From Lytechinus pictus (Eukaryota): a DNA stretch of 64,000 bases. This document shows, in pieces, positions 1 through 13,523 of this stretch. Location: NCBI RefSeq assembly GCF_037042905.1, contig NW_026974141.1:10540001-10604000 (forward strand). Direction: 5' to 3'. Position numbers and translations under genes: made by a program. The notes below the pieces were generated by a model. That model made no database searches, was not told where the DNA came from, and saw nothing but the letters and a program-made list of their open reading frames with translations. Numbering within the stretch: position 1 is the stretch's first letter; each line of letters opens with the position of its first letter.

Positions 1-3000
1 AGACAGTGGACGACTATTCACAATAGCTGCTGCCTCACATAACAATGTTCGCAGTGAATCATCGTCCAGTTGCTGACTATTTTGACACAGCAATGCTTCC
101 AAGACTCTACGAACAGTACGTATTTGCCTTTCCCAAGCTCCTCCCATGTGGCTTGAGTAGGGGAAGTTGAAGGTGAAGTCAAAGTAATCGCATCCTTCTT
201 TGAGCAAATGCTGTTTAACTTTCTCATGATTCATCTCCTTCCAAGCTTTCACGAGTTCATTCTTGGCACCAACAAAATTTGTCCCTCTGTCCGACCTCAG
301 TTGACGAACAGGACCACGAACAGAGATAAAACGTCGAAGGGCGTTAATGAAAGCATCAGTGGACAATGAGTTCAGTACTTCTATGTGGATTGCACGCGAT
401 GACATACAAGTAAAAAGAAGGCCATATCTCTTTACCTCCTTTCTGCCTTCTCTGATTATCCATGGTCCAAAGCAATCCATACCGCAGTAAGAAAATGGCG
501 GTTCAGAGGCTAGACGATCCTTTGGTAGATCCGCCATTTTTTGTACCTGTGTTGGTCGTCGTAGTTTCCGACAGGTAACACATCGAGAGATGAGCTTGGA
601 TACAAGATTACTGCAACCCAATATCCAATAACCATGGGATCTGATACAGTTAGTAGTCATGCCTCTTCCCTGATGAGCAACTTCTTTGTGACAATGAGCT
701 ACAATCAGGTCTGTAACATGACTTTGAGGTAGGATGGCGGGATGTTTGTTTGTGAACGAAGTTTCAGACCTTCTCAAGCGACCTCCTACTCTCAGGATGT
801 TCTCACCATCTAGAAATGGGTCAAGTTGATGTAGACGGCTGGTAGTCTTACAATGACGTCTCCTCTCACGAGAAGATGTCTGAGTGGCATTTTTCATAAC
901 TTCCTGTCTTTGAATTTCATCATGGAATGCCTTTCTTTGCATATGCCTTATTATCTCCTTTTCTGCTTGGAGAAGTAATTCAGCAGACATAGGCTCAATA
1001 ACTGTTTTCTTAGCATCGCTCCTCTGGTTAGCTCTCTGATGCTTCTGTTCACACCGTCTTCTTAAGGAGGACTTTAGTCTGAGACAATTTGCTACAGCCC
1101 TTCTGGTTTGATGCCAACTGGAAAATCGGTCTAGTCGTTCCAGCTCAAACTCATCATTCTTCTTGAAAGCAGCATGAGCTTGAGTTAGCTTCACTTCAGG
1201 GTCGTTAGGAAGCATTTCGCCATCATCCTTACTTTCAATAGCTGGAATTTCCTTCTCCCATAGGAATTTGGGGCCAGTTAACCATCTCGATTGCTCTATC
1301 TGATTGACAGTGAGTCCTCTTGAAGCTGTATCAGCAGGGTTATTTTTGGTGTCAATATGATGCCACTGTGAAGGCATTGACTCGTCTCTGATCTGACTCA
1401 CTCTATTGGCTACAAAAACATGATATCGTCTTGCTTCATTCTTAATGTAGCCTAAAACTACTCTGCTATCAGTCCAGAAGAAATGCTTGGCATTTACAAA
1501 ATCGAGTTCATTTTGCAGAAAGGAACTCATTTTCACAGATAACAGGGCTGCTGTTAACTCTAGTCGGGGCACGGTTACTGTCTTGATAGGAGTGACCCTA
1601 GATTTTCCCATCACCATGGTACAGTGCACCTTGTCTTCTTGATTTGTAAGTCTCAGGTAGGTACACTGCCCATAACCGGCGTTACTGGCATCACTGAAGT
1701 GATGAAGTTGCACATCTCTGGTTTCTCCAAAGTCTTTTGGTTTGTAGCATCTATCGATGGAGATGTACTGAAGTTGGAGAATGTCGGTCTTCCACTGTTC
1801 CCACTTAGCTTTGAGTGCATCTGATAAGGGGTCGTCCCATTCAGCAGAAGTTCGACATAATTCTTGGAGAATCAGCTTTGCAGGAAGTATTATGGGTGCT
1901 AATAGTCCTAGAGGATCATACACTGACATGACTGTAGACAGGATTCCTCTTCGAGTCAGTGGTTTATCCTGAAAGTTGATCCTGAATTGAAATTTATCTG
2001 ATTCAATGCACCATTGGACTCCGAGAGCCTTTTCCACAGGCAAGGTGTCTTGCGAAAGATTCAATTCCTTGAGGTCCTTTCCTCTGTCATCAACTGGAAC
2101 AGATTGCATTACCTTTCTGGAGTTAGATACTATCTTATGCAGGTGAAGACGTCCACGTTCACATATCTTTCTCGTCCTCATGATGAGATCAATGGCTTCA
2201 TCTTCGGTTGATACAGATTTCCATCGTCTACGTAGAAGTCGTTCTGTATGAAATCTGATGCATCATGTCCAAACTCATCTGCATAGTCTTTTGCAATCTG
2301 CTTCAATGCAAAGTTCGAACAGCCAGGCGATGAAGCGGCACCGAACAGATGAACGTTCATCTGGCAGTCACTAAGTCGGCGACTAACATCTCCGTTTAAC
2401 CACCATAGAAACCGGAGATAGTTTCTATGCTCTTTGTTTACCTGGAATTGGTGGAACATTTCATTCACGTCACACATGAAGGCCATGACTTCTTTCCTGA
2501 ATCGACAAAGAACACCGGTGAGGGTATTAGTCATGTCCGGTCCTGTTAACAAGTGAGCATTCAATGAAGTTCCTCTAAACTGCGAGCTGCAGTCAAAAAC
2601 AACTCTCAACTTGTTGGGCTGTTTCACTCCATGATGGGGAATGTACCATACTTTACCCTCTTCTCCTGATTCTGATGCGACCTCTGCATAGTTGCTATTG
2701 AAGAGGGTATTCATTTGTTTTGTGTATTGTTCGTGATACGCAGGATCCTTCTTAAACTTTGTCTTGAGATGATTGAGTCTTTTCTCTGCAAGGACCCTAT
2801 TATTTGGAAGAGTAGGATTTTCATCACGAAATGGCAGAGGCATCTCATAATGACCACTTTCAGACACATGAACTTGACGCTCCATTATCTCTAGAAATCT
2901 CAAGTCATTCCTCGAATATGGCCTTTGTCTTTTCTCTGGTGCAAAGTCTGCTTCTAAAAGACGTATGACTTGAGAAGGAGTGATCTCCTCCTTAATCCTT

Positions 3001-4604
3001 GATTGATGGCTGAAGGTAACTGTGGTTGGATGGCCATCTACTTGCAATTCTTCTGGAATAACGTGCACCATAATGCGATGACTGATTCCAATATGATCAT
3101 GTGCACTGTCATGATAGTTGGGTTCCATTGTACCGACAACACTCCATCCAAGATCAGTTTGTAGTCCAAATGGTCCACCATCATCAGGGGAGCTTAACAC
3201 AGCTCGCGGAGTGAGGGCCCTTGCACAATCATAGCCAATGAGAAGTCCAATCTCACAATCTTGGAGGGGAATCAAATGTTTGGCTATGTCGTTAAGATGA
3301 GGGTGCGCCTTAGCAATGTCTGGCGTTGGTATGTGTTCTCCATTTGCCGGCATAATATTCCGAGTGTAAGTTGGGGGCAAACAAATTTCTTCTCTTCCAT
3401 TAAATGCTCGAACTTTAAGTCCACTGATCTTTTCACTCGAAATTCTCTCATTGGCCAGCGTCATGGTCGAAAGAAGCAAGTTGACTGCTATTCCTTCAAT
3501 GCCCATTGCTTCTTTAGTCTTATCTAAAATGAAGCTAGTGTCTGACTGAGTGTCCAGCATAGCATACACTAACCTCTCCCCATGTACCGATTCATGCGAT
3601 AGCCACACAGGAACTATAGTAGATCTCTTTAGAGATCTGTGATTGTCCTTCGTGGTTGAAGCATGAGATCTTGTGGTTTGAGTTTCCTCAGCTTCATTCT
3701 TTATGTCAACTTTCTTAGATTGTTGTCTTTCTGTCCAGTTTTCATCATGCAGAACAGTGGGGTGACGTCTTTTGCATGTTGAACATGATGACCTCTTCTT
3801 ACAATTCCTAGAAAGATGACCGGACTTTAAACATCCGAAGCACAGACCATGATCGAAAACAAACTTGGGTCGGTGATCTAATGTCTGTGACATGAAGGAT
3901 TTACAAGTAGCAAGATGATGTTCTCCCTTACAGTAGGTGCAAAGGGGTTTCCATTTTCCTTTCCTTCCATTTGCTTGCTGCCCCTGCACACTGGTTGATA
4001 ATGTTCTCACATTAGAAGACTGCTGTCTCCTTTCTTTCAAGGGTGATGTCTGATTAGAAGTGATCGGATCACAAGCAATATCTGCCTCATTGCTGATAAA
4101 TTCTGTGAAGACAGAAAAGGGAGGAAAGGATCCTCTGTCTTGCCGCCATTTGACTACATTCCTGCCCCATCTTGTGATTAGCCAATCAGGCAGTTTGCTC
4201 ATCAATTTTTTGTTCTCTCTTTCATCATCCAAATGATGTAAGTGATGGACATATCTGGCTGCTGTACAACACTGGTGAAGAAAATCTCCAAATCTCCGAA
4301 GGCCTAAATAGTCCTTGGGGCTGATTTTAGGCCAGTCATCGAGTTTGTCCCGGAAGGCATTGGAAATAACAAAGGGATTTCCATATCTCTCTTGTAGCAC
4401 CTTCATGGCTTCCACATATGCAGCGTCATCTCCTAGCATGGAGTATCCTTTCACTAACACCAATAGTGCACCTTTAAGATACTTCAGCAGGAAGTAAAAT
4501 CTCTCTCCGGCTGGAATACCGCGATGTTCAATGAGAGCGTCGTAACTTCGCTTCCATGATGTGAATTCCAGTGGATTACCATCGAAAACTCCAGGCTCAG
4601 GTAT
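1..4604 (-). pseudogene. BEL/Pao gag-pol polyprotein, frameshifted just after the YVDD motif
   Basis: ORF 2178-4463 diverges after DFYVDDG. The shifted frame (KSVSTEDEAIDLIMR...) is the same frame as the integrase motifs at the window edge. Confidence 0.9.
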
Positions 4605-7391
4605 TAGTCCAGGATAGAAGGGGTCGAACCTTGTTTTTTTATATATACAATGTTTTTTTATGGTTTCTTGTCAATTCGAGGGTGCTGATTCCGAATCTGA
4701 ATGATGCCACTCGTGTAACCTTGAGCATTTTCTGCAAATTGGCAAAATCCAATATGGCCGCCAAAATATTCAAATTACCCATGAAAATCATAAAATTGTC
4801 CACACATTGGCTTTAAAGTACATGCAATTGTGCTGCCGGAGTGAAATGATATCTGAAAAAATGATTTTTGTCAAATATTTATTTTCTTGATATCAAAATG
4901 GCCGCCATCATAGACCCCTGTACAATATGAATGGGGAAAATTAATTTTTACAAAATTGAGCACTGAAATGCAAGTAATTATGATCTATGAGTGAAGCAAT
5001 GTCTGTAAACATGATTGCTAACGATATATATCATTTGTTATGTCAGTTATGTGATAAATCCTGTATTTTGATTTTCAAAATGGCCTTCAAAAGCCCTAAC
5101 ACTATTATGTACAATGTGAATGGTGACACACAAAAATCACAAGAGTGAGCACTAAAATGCATTTTGTTGAGATAAACGAGTGGAATACTGACTAAAAACA
5201 TTATTGTTAACGAAATTTATTATTTAACATGCCATGTATGTGATAAACCCAGTATTTTGATATTTAATATGACCGCCAAAGGCCCTAAAATTATGATCTA
5301 CGATGTGAGAGAGGACAAAAACAATCACAAGGTGAGCACTAAAACATATTTTTTTGTGGTAAATTAGTGGAATACTGTCTTCAAATATAATTTGCAACGA
5401 AATATATTATTCGGGTTTCATATTTGTGTTAAATATTGTATTTTGACTTTCAAAATGGCCGCCAAAAGACATTGACTGTATTATGTACAATCGATCTGGG
5501 AAACCAATTTTCACATGAGTCAGCACCATAACATGCATATAATTGTGATTTAAGAGTAAAATATTGTCTGAAAACATAATTCCTAACAAGATATATCATT
5601 CATTCTGCCAGGTAGGTGATAAATAATGTATTTTGAAAGTCAAAATGGCCGCTACAGGCCCTAACGGTAGGCCTATTATGTACTTTGTGAATGGGAACAT
5701 ATAATTTTAACAGAATTTAATTGGCTTTGCTTGACTATATGGTGTTGCATGTATGAGTGAAATATCGTCTGAAAATATGATTTTGTAACCAAATAGATCA
5801 TTTCTTATGTTATTTAGGTGATAAATGCTATATTTAAATTTCAAAATGGCTGCAATATGTTTCTTTGTGGAAATTATCTTTCCCCATTCAAATTTTACAT
5901 ATTAAGATAAGGGACTATGGCGGCCATTTTTCATTTTTAAAAGGCTGCATTCATCACCCTTATGACACAAGCTATGATATATTTCGTTAGAAATCATTGG
6001 GTTTAGACAATACTTAACACTTACATCAAAATTAAGCCATTTTCATAGTAAAAATTTTGTCAAAATTATCTGTCCCCAGTTACAATGTACATACTACTTT
6101 GGGCTATGGCAGCAATTTTGAATTTCAAAGTAAGGCCTTTATTACCTTCTCAACCATTATGTGATGTATTTAGTCAGAAATCATGTTCAAGACCAAATTT
6201 TACCTATACATCACATAGTTACGTGCGTTTTTGGTTCTCATTCTGGTGATGATTAGTTTCCCTATACGCATGTTACAGAATTTGTAGGGGCTTGTGCGGC
6301 AGTTTTGAAAGTCAAAATACAGTAATTATCACCTATGGGAGAGGAAATGTTATATTTCATTAAAAAAATCACGTTTTCAAACAATATTTTCCTTATACAA
6401 CAGAATTATATGGATTTCATAGTCAGGCAAATCCTAATTCTTTCAAAAGTATTTGTCCCCATTTACATTGTAGATAATACTGTAAGGGCCCATAGGGGCC
6501 ATTTTGAATTTTACAATACAGCATTTATCTCATGCATGAAAAATGAAATGATATGTTTCGCCAGAAATCATGTGTTTAGACAATATTTCACTCGTATAGA
6601 TTACAATTACATTCATTTTATTGTTTTTACTCTTGTGAAAATTAGTTTCTTCATTCGCTTTGTTCATAATACAGATAGGACCTATGGCAGCCATTTTGAA
6701 TGTCAACATGCAGCATAATTACCGAAATTGCAAGGGAAATTATATGTTTCGTTAGAAATCCTTGTTGTCAGACAGTGTTACACCAATATTTCGCAGTTAT
6801 TGGCATTTTAAAGTCAAACAAATTCAAAGGTTGTGAAAATTATTTGTCCCCTTTTATATATTGTACACAGTATAAGGGGTCTATGACAGCCATTTTGAAT
6901 ATCATAATACAGCATTTATCACATTAAATAGTATACAAATGACATAGTTTTGTTAATAGTCATGTTTTCAGACAGTAGTCCACTCGCAGGTCACAATCAC
7001 ATGCAATAATAGTGGTCTTGTTTGAAAAAATATTTTCCCCATTCATATTCTACATAATAAAGTATACAGGGGTTATGGCGGCCATTTTGAATATCAATAA
7101 AATAAATATTTTGTCAAATATCGCTTTTCCAATTGGTATTTCACTTCTGCACAACAACTACATGCATTTTATAGCTAATGTGTTGGCAATTTTATGATTT
7201 TCATGGGTAATTTGCATATTTTGGCGGCCATATTGGATTTTGCCAATTTGCGGAAAATGCTCAAGGTTACAAGAGTGGCATCATTCAGATTCGGAATCAG
7301 CACCCTCGAATTGACAAGAAACCATCAAAAAACATTGTATATCTAAAAAAACAAGGTTCGACCCCTTGTCTATGGGGCCTATCCTGGACTA
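4605..7391. mobile_element. Non-autonomous DNA transposon with long TIRs, Academ-like (TAG...CTA termini, 3-bp TAT TSD)
   Basis: Ends are TAGTCCAGGATAG...CTATCCTGGACTA, with TIRs extending several hundred bp. TAT is duplicated at 4602-4604 and 7392-7394. Removing the element restores gag (LRLNRLPI|PEPGVFDGNPLEF). The Academ label is inferred from termini and TSD length only. Confidence 0.85.
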
Positions 7392-7394
7392 TAT

Positions 7395-8042
7395 TGGAAG
7401 TCTGTTCAAGCGAAGAAGTTCCGTCAAACTACTAGCAAGGGCAACTTCTTCTTTATGAAGGCTTGATGTATGCGCATTTTTGTGTGATACTGCTTCAGGG
7501 TCATAGGTTGGTTCATCAATCCTTCTCATCGTGGTAATGTCCTTTTCCTTTGGAGAATTTACCTTCCTTTAATCGTCTACCCACTCCTGGCACAACTTTC
7601 GTGATGTTGACGAGACGGACAAGTGAGAAGTTCCTTTATGTGAAGACATTTCGCCTCGTAGTGCAAGAAGCGTCCTTAAAGTGTCCTTCATCAAGGAGGA
7701 ATGTTCTTCTTCAATTTCATCCAATTTCTCCTCACTGCCGTCGTTAATGTTCATGGATGAAGACAATTGGGCTAAATTCTCCTGCACTGAGATGACATTG
7801 TCGATGGCTGCTTGCAAGTTATCACGGCCATCTTTAATCGCCGAAGATTCAACATCATCTTCAACTAGAAGCTCTCTAAGTTTATTAGACAGCCTCCTCC
7901 ATTTAGTGAGAGAACTTTTCCATACTTTAAGCTTCGCATCCAACTGATTTTGAAATCCCTTCTCAGTAGGCTTCCGTGTTCTTACACTTGTATCACCACC
8001 GCCATCAGCTGTGACTTGCTTTAATTCAGCTGGCTCAGACAT
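7395..8042 (-). pseudogene. BEL/Pao gag N-terminal part with an in-frame TAA at 7569-7571
   Basis: ORF 7569-8042; the same frame continues past the stop to the insertion point (..ELLRLNRLPI). Confidence 0.85.
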
Positions 8043-8090
8043 CTTGAATCCTCTTTGGTAATGATGTTAAGTCGTTGCAAGAGTTTTCAC

Positions 8091-8880
8091 TGTAACTGAA
8101 GACTTGCTTGAGAGTTCAAAAATAAAAACAAAGGTCTCAACAGGAATATAAAGTTTCATGTCATCCTTTTAATTCTTCATTCATTTCCTTCTGTACATTT
8201 TCTCTGTATTGACATGAAGCAAATTCCGTGAAAACTGTTGGTAGAAACAAAATGATAGGAAAGTCATAAGTACAAGAGCAAAAAACCTTTACATCATTTA
8301 TAACTTTGACCATTATGATAAATCAATCATTTGACCTGAATGTAAATCACAATCCACTTTCAAGATACATTGATATATTTAGCACTGAAAAGCTTCTCAC
8401 TAAATTGTATACAACCAAACAACTTCAGCAATCAACATTAAATTACACCTGTGAAATTCATGTACTTAATACTAACATAAAATTGTCTCTTAGACATCAT
8501 CAATTGGAATTAATAAACTATAGCTTTATCAGGTGTTTGAATAAAGTGTGCTTTCCAAGAGATATGCATTTGACAAACATACTTTCTGTATTATCTTTCT
8601 TCACATACATGTACATTAATGCATTAAGCCTGTCATGTCAATCAAACCAAATTAGAATCAACTTTTCTTGCATTATAATATTCATATTTCTTAAATACAT
8701 AAATCAATGTTTCTACTGACCTCTTTGCCTCCAAAAATCTTCTTATATAGGGCAATCCCATGTAGGATGCTTTAGGTTTATGTTGATTCAAATTCTCAAA
8801 CAGAATCTCCAGAACTGATTCCAATATCACATTACCTCAGTTCACCAAGAGATGGCGCTATTAATAAAGAACCTCAGACA
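8091..8880 (-). repeat. Probable 5' LTR of the BEL element
   Basis: On the minus strand it starts TGTCTGAGG and ends ...GTTACA, directly followed by GTGAAAACTC and then the gag ATG. The partner LTR is outside the window, so the outer boundary is unverified. Confidence 0.55.
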
Positions 8881-10892
8881 AGGCATACATAGCACATATA
8901 CTATACATGCACAGTGTAAATACATAGGAAAACGTGTGTGTACTCACTCAAGTAGACTGACCCTCAGACCCAATGAAATTCTTCAGTTTTAACACATTAA
9001 ATCATTTGATGGCTTTTCAGAAAAATTAAATATACAAAATTATCTTCAAAGCAGCTTTCATTACAAGTTGCATTTTAAACAGTTCATCCAAAGTTTTGCA
9101 AATGTGACATTTATATTATTCTGTATAAGGCCAGGTGGCTTAATCAGAAAAAGGGCATGTAAAGAATACAGAATACAATGTAGGCACACATCTTTCCTTT
9201 TTGTTTCATCTAACAATAAGTTCTGTGGTCTCGGAATGGCTGTGATTATAACATTATTTATCCCCCTAAAAATGTTTTCCCTTTGAATGGATTAATTTCA
9301 GTAGCTTCTCAACTGTTTCTTTCTTTCTTTTCTCTTTCTTTCTTTCTTTCTTTTTTTCGTATATCCTTCATGTGTTCATGTTTAATAGAGTAACGAAGAA
9401 TCAGCTCACCAAGTTGATACTATAATTTGGAAAATTTATTTTTTTAAATAAGGGCCAATCCTTAGGAAAATAAGGTGCTGCCCGTCATTCCCATTGGTAT
9501 ACTGCTAATTGGGTCCTCAACCGCTTGGTCTATGTATTTTGTGTGTGGTCTCATACGACATGATCCAATTTTAGTTCGTCTCCTAACCATTTGGTCTAAT
9601 CACCACTTAGCCCATGTGCCATTTTGTTTCATACATATGTATGCAGATAGGCTTTTATATTTCATGGTGTTAATAGTCTTGGTCTAACGTCCCCTGGTAT
9701 TCATGATTTTGAAAAGTGCAAATTATTAAGCAGACACCGTGGAAATTACCGTATATTAGGCATATTGCTCAAATAACACTTAGACAAGATGAGTATTGGC
9801 CAAAAGTGGTGGTTGGAACAAGCGGTTATTAAGCATTAATTATCAAACTTCTACAAACTTCTACTCACTTCTGAATTAACAAAGACCTGATTATTACGCA
9901 GGCCTGGTTTAGGTCAAACGGTCATGCGGCAGTTAAGATTATGATGCGCGCGAAAAACTATTGATGGGAAAGTAGTAACGGTCAATTAGAAGGATCGTAT
10001 TCAACATCCGCAGTTTTTACAATCATTTAATTTTTTGACGAGTACTTAATGAGAAGAAATGTTCGGATTATAAATGTTTAATACACTGGAGTTCAAGACC
10101 TATATTACCATTTCTATTTACTTACATTCTGTGATCCATGATTTAGGATCTTCATCTAAACTTTTTATTTACTGATATGCCCTTCACTTGTTTGTAAATA
10201 TATGACTATGGATTCCTGTATTCATGCTATTGATTGAAAAAAATGTTCCTGCAAATAAAACTTTAAAAAAATACAGCATATTTTTTGTAACGCATGCTTT
10301 AATGATTTTAATATAATCATTTCATCATTATATATATCTTACAGCAAAAAAGGCCTAATGTGAAAAAACGAAATATTTACTTTTCCCTAGTTGGCAATGC
10401 TCGCCTCTTGAGATTTTTCAATCGAGAGCAAAATATTCTAAAATCAAATCTATAGTCTTCGATCGTTATGAATTTAGACTCCAGCACATTTGCCATTAGA
10501 AATTAACACGAAATTCGATCCGATTGGAACCAGCAGATCGCCACCTTCGGTGTTAATTCAGTAAAGATGATTATCTACCTACTAATTTAACAGGTGGATG
10601 GGTCACTAATCTATATTAATGTCTCGTATAACCGTCACCAAATGGTTTGACGTCACATGGACATTTTGTCGACGACGTCCACTTACGAAAGCGACTGGCG
10701 CGTATAATCTGGAGAGAGAAGAGTGCCATCATTGTTCAACAATAACTAATCCTAATGATGTCTCACGTGAGATTAATCCATATTCAAATGTCCAACGTCT
10801 AAAGCCTGTGTTCTTATATTAATATCGCTATGTTGGTGGAGGGTCCGTCCAGGTTCCTAAAATTGTAGCTGTATGATTTACCACATGATGCA

Positions 10893-10985
10893 GGCATTCG
10901 GCTTCGATTCGGACCTGATCGGTATTCAGGCGGAGAAGATGTCATAGTGGTAAACGGCAGTTGGAGATGGACAATCACTCGACCA
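10893..10985 (+). pseudogene. Degenerate SRCR-domain-like exon fragment, copy 1; runs into the assembly gap
   Basis: Reads GIRLRFGPDRYSGGEDVIVVNGSW, resembling the SRCR start IRLxxGxxxxxGRVEVxxxGxWGTVC. Paralogous to 27396-27485. Confidence 0.35.
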
Positions 10986-12864
10986 NNNNNNNNNNNNNNN
11001 NNNNNNNNNNNNNNNNNNNNNNNNNNNNNNNNNNNNNNNNNNNNNNNNNNNNNNNNNNNNNNNNNNNNNNNNNNNNNNNNNNNNNNNNNNNNNNNNNNNN
11101 NNNNNNNNNNNNNNNNNNNNAGTTTAAAAAGTTAATTGGTTTCATTTATTTCCACGAATCTGTAACGTTACAACGCTTTAATAAAAAGTGATATAATTAT
11201 GATGAACAAATTTGACGTGTTAATGATAAACATGAAATGTAATACAAGCAAGCATTTTCGATTAATACTCAAAATGATTGAAGTGCATAAAAAGGATATG
11301 TGGATAAAAACTAAGAAGCAGAATGTTTATAAAACAAGACTCCCTTTATCGTTGATTATTCGAGCTTGCGATTCTTCGTTTTTGCAGCAATTAATGAAGT
11401 TCAATTAAGTTTTAATTAACATATTGTATTTTTTTAAGCCAAAGAGAGAAATAAGGACTCTCTCAAAAAGCCCGTATGTGTTGACTCGTGCAGAGGGCAG
11501 GGAAAAACCAAAATAAAAAAATGAAATTCCTTAAAGCGATTTTACTTGAGTTGCGTAATACGATGATAAATGATTATCTAATAAATGTGTTTATTGGCAT
11601 ATGAGAATTGTCTACATGTTTTCGTGAATAACCGAAATTGCAGCATTGAATTAAATACACATTAGACTTATGGGTTAAACGGTTATTAATTTTCCCTTAG
11701 CATTGTTTAGGAAACTAAAAGATTATCTACGACTGGGCCTTTGTTATTTTTTTCAGATATCACGGAACACGGTGATGGGGTTAAGAGGAAAAGGAGAGAG
11801 AAAGCTTTAACAGAGAACTGGCAAATTAAAAGAAAAGAAGAGAAAGAAAAAAAATAATGGTCAAGTTTTCAGACGGCACTTGGGGTAAACTGTACATTTT
11901 TGTGATAGGTATACAATGTTTTAGGAATCATATTAGCTAATCATCAGCTTAGACATGGTGAGCATAATAGTGGGATACCCTTAACTATGCCATCTCGATC
12001 GCTATGGCAATAGTGTTCAGCTGTACTTACGGGTTTCACATCTCCGATTCAACACTTTTTCTACGAAAAACATATACCAAGTATCCATATTTCAGATGCC
12101 ACAAACCAGGTGAGACGTTAACTTGGAATCGACTTATATCAGTAAATCTTCTCTATAAAATCTTCTCTATCGTGTCTATGAAACAATACACAATCAAATT
12201 GACCGGAAAGGCCCATTATATTTCCTTAGCCAATTTTAGCTTTGGTATGAAAGTAATGTTTGATCTTCATTTAATTTGTTATTTACATCTTTAATTTTGA
12301 TCATGAAAGGAAGGGAATACCACGAAATCCATATAAATCGTGGTATTCTAAACAAAGCTTAATCTCCGATTCAGTTATACTAGTGAGTTTTGGAGGTCCT
12401 TGATAAATCTTGTGAATAATAACGATTAGGCCTATACATTTTCGTCATTGCCTTAGTTAATTTCTTCTTTGCTATGTTCTCTGCACACACTCAGCCCCAC
12501 TCAGGTTTCATATTCATTTTAAATTTATGTTTAACCTTTAGGGAAAAAATGCAATCTTTGATCCTTGTCTATCACATGAAATTAAATAGTATATTTTTAG
12601 ATTTATAGGGGCTCAGTGGAGATTCTGATAGGCCCCGCGCACAATGCAAACCGATTTAGCATTATGAAAATTTTGGATTTTCTAAACTTCTACACAGCTA
12701 CAGATTAGTTTCAATTCACTCTTCTTGAAATGGGGGCGGGGCCCAAAATTCCCCAAACGACATGTGCTATTTTCGCACCCCCCCCCCCTTTCGTTTCTCT
12801 GTTGCGTTCTTAGCGCCCACCGCCGAAAATACGTCACTGACCATGTACCAGTTAGGACAAAAAT

Positions 12865-13074
12865 TGGTAATGGTTGTGATTTTTACCTGATTGCTAGGAG
12901 AAATTAATGCTTGAAGCAAGTAACCAGAAAACCGACTGCTTAAGGTCCTATCCGAGGGACATGGTAATGAAGATTTAAATGCCTTATCAAAGGGCACTAG
13001 TACACCATCTGGGAATCGAACCCGGGTCACCCGGAATACGAAACCACCGCTCTATCGACTGTGCTATCGCGCCT
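12865..13074 (-). mobile_element. tRNA-derived SINE
   Basis: A-box-like TAGCACAGTCGATAG and B-box GGTTCGATTCCC, followed by a GTGCCCTTTGATAAGGCATTT core-like body rather than a tRNA 3' end. Confidence 0.75.
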
Positions 13075-13112
13075 CGAGTTCATACTCCAGTAAAGTTTTC
13101 TTCTTTTCCACT

Positions 13113-13145
<33 letters not shown>

Positions 13146-13305
13146 TCACTTGACCTAGGGATGTGTTAAAATTGTTGTATGGAGATTCGCAAAGGATCGC
13201 ATTTTGAATGGCGCCACCATAAGTGTCTACCACAATGTGATTGCCATTTGGGATAATGTGGGACGTGTAAATGACGGAGGTTATTCTTACTTTCTAAAGA
13301 CCGCC

Positions 13306-13523
13306 ATGACCATAGTTTTGTCAGACAATGCATTCTGATTTGTTCCCGTTAGCAAGGTTCAACAACACTTGGTTCATCAAAATTTAACAAAATAACGACA
13401 GGTCTTTACAGTCAAGTGTATCATCACACAAGTGTATATCATGCAGCGAAAGTTAGAGCGCCTCCTAGAGACAAAATAAAAAGAAATCACAAGAAGATCA
13501 TCGCTTTTGACGTCATCCAATTT
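13306..13523 (-). repeat. Diverged direct repeat, candidate 3' LTR of the old BEL
   Basis: Aligns with 26995-27191; shared blocks include ggtctttacagtcaagtg, tgtatatcatgcagcgaaa and cctcctagagacaa. Confidence 0.6.

Larger units (their letters stand above)
1..8880 (-). mobile_element. BEL/Pao LTR retrotransposon; 3' end outside the window; gag interrupted by a DNA transposon
   Basis: Gag N-terminus (RTRKPTEKG, ORF 7569-8042). DUF1759-like gag and CCHC knuckles, protease (YAMLDTQSDTSF) and RT (RVVFDCS, HLFGAASSP, FYVDDG) in ORF 2178-4463. RNase H (HFSDAS) and integrase (RSDRGTNF, GGAWERQI, VNSRPL) read by hand at 1-2200. Confidence 0.95.
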
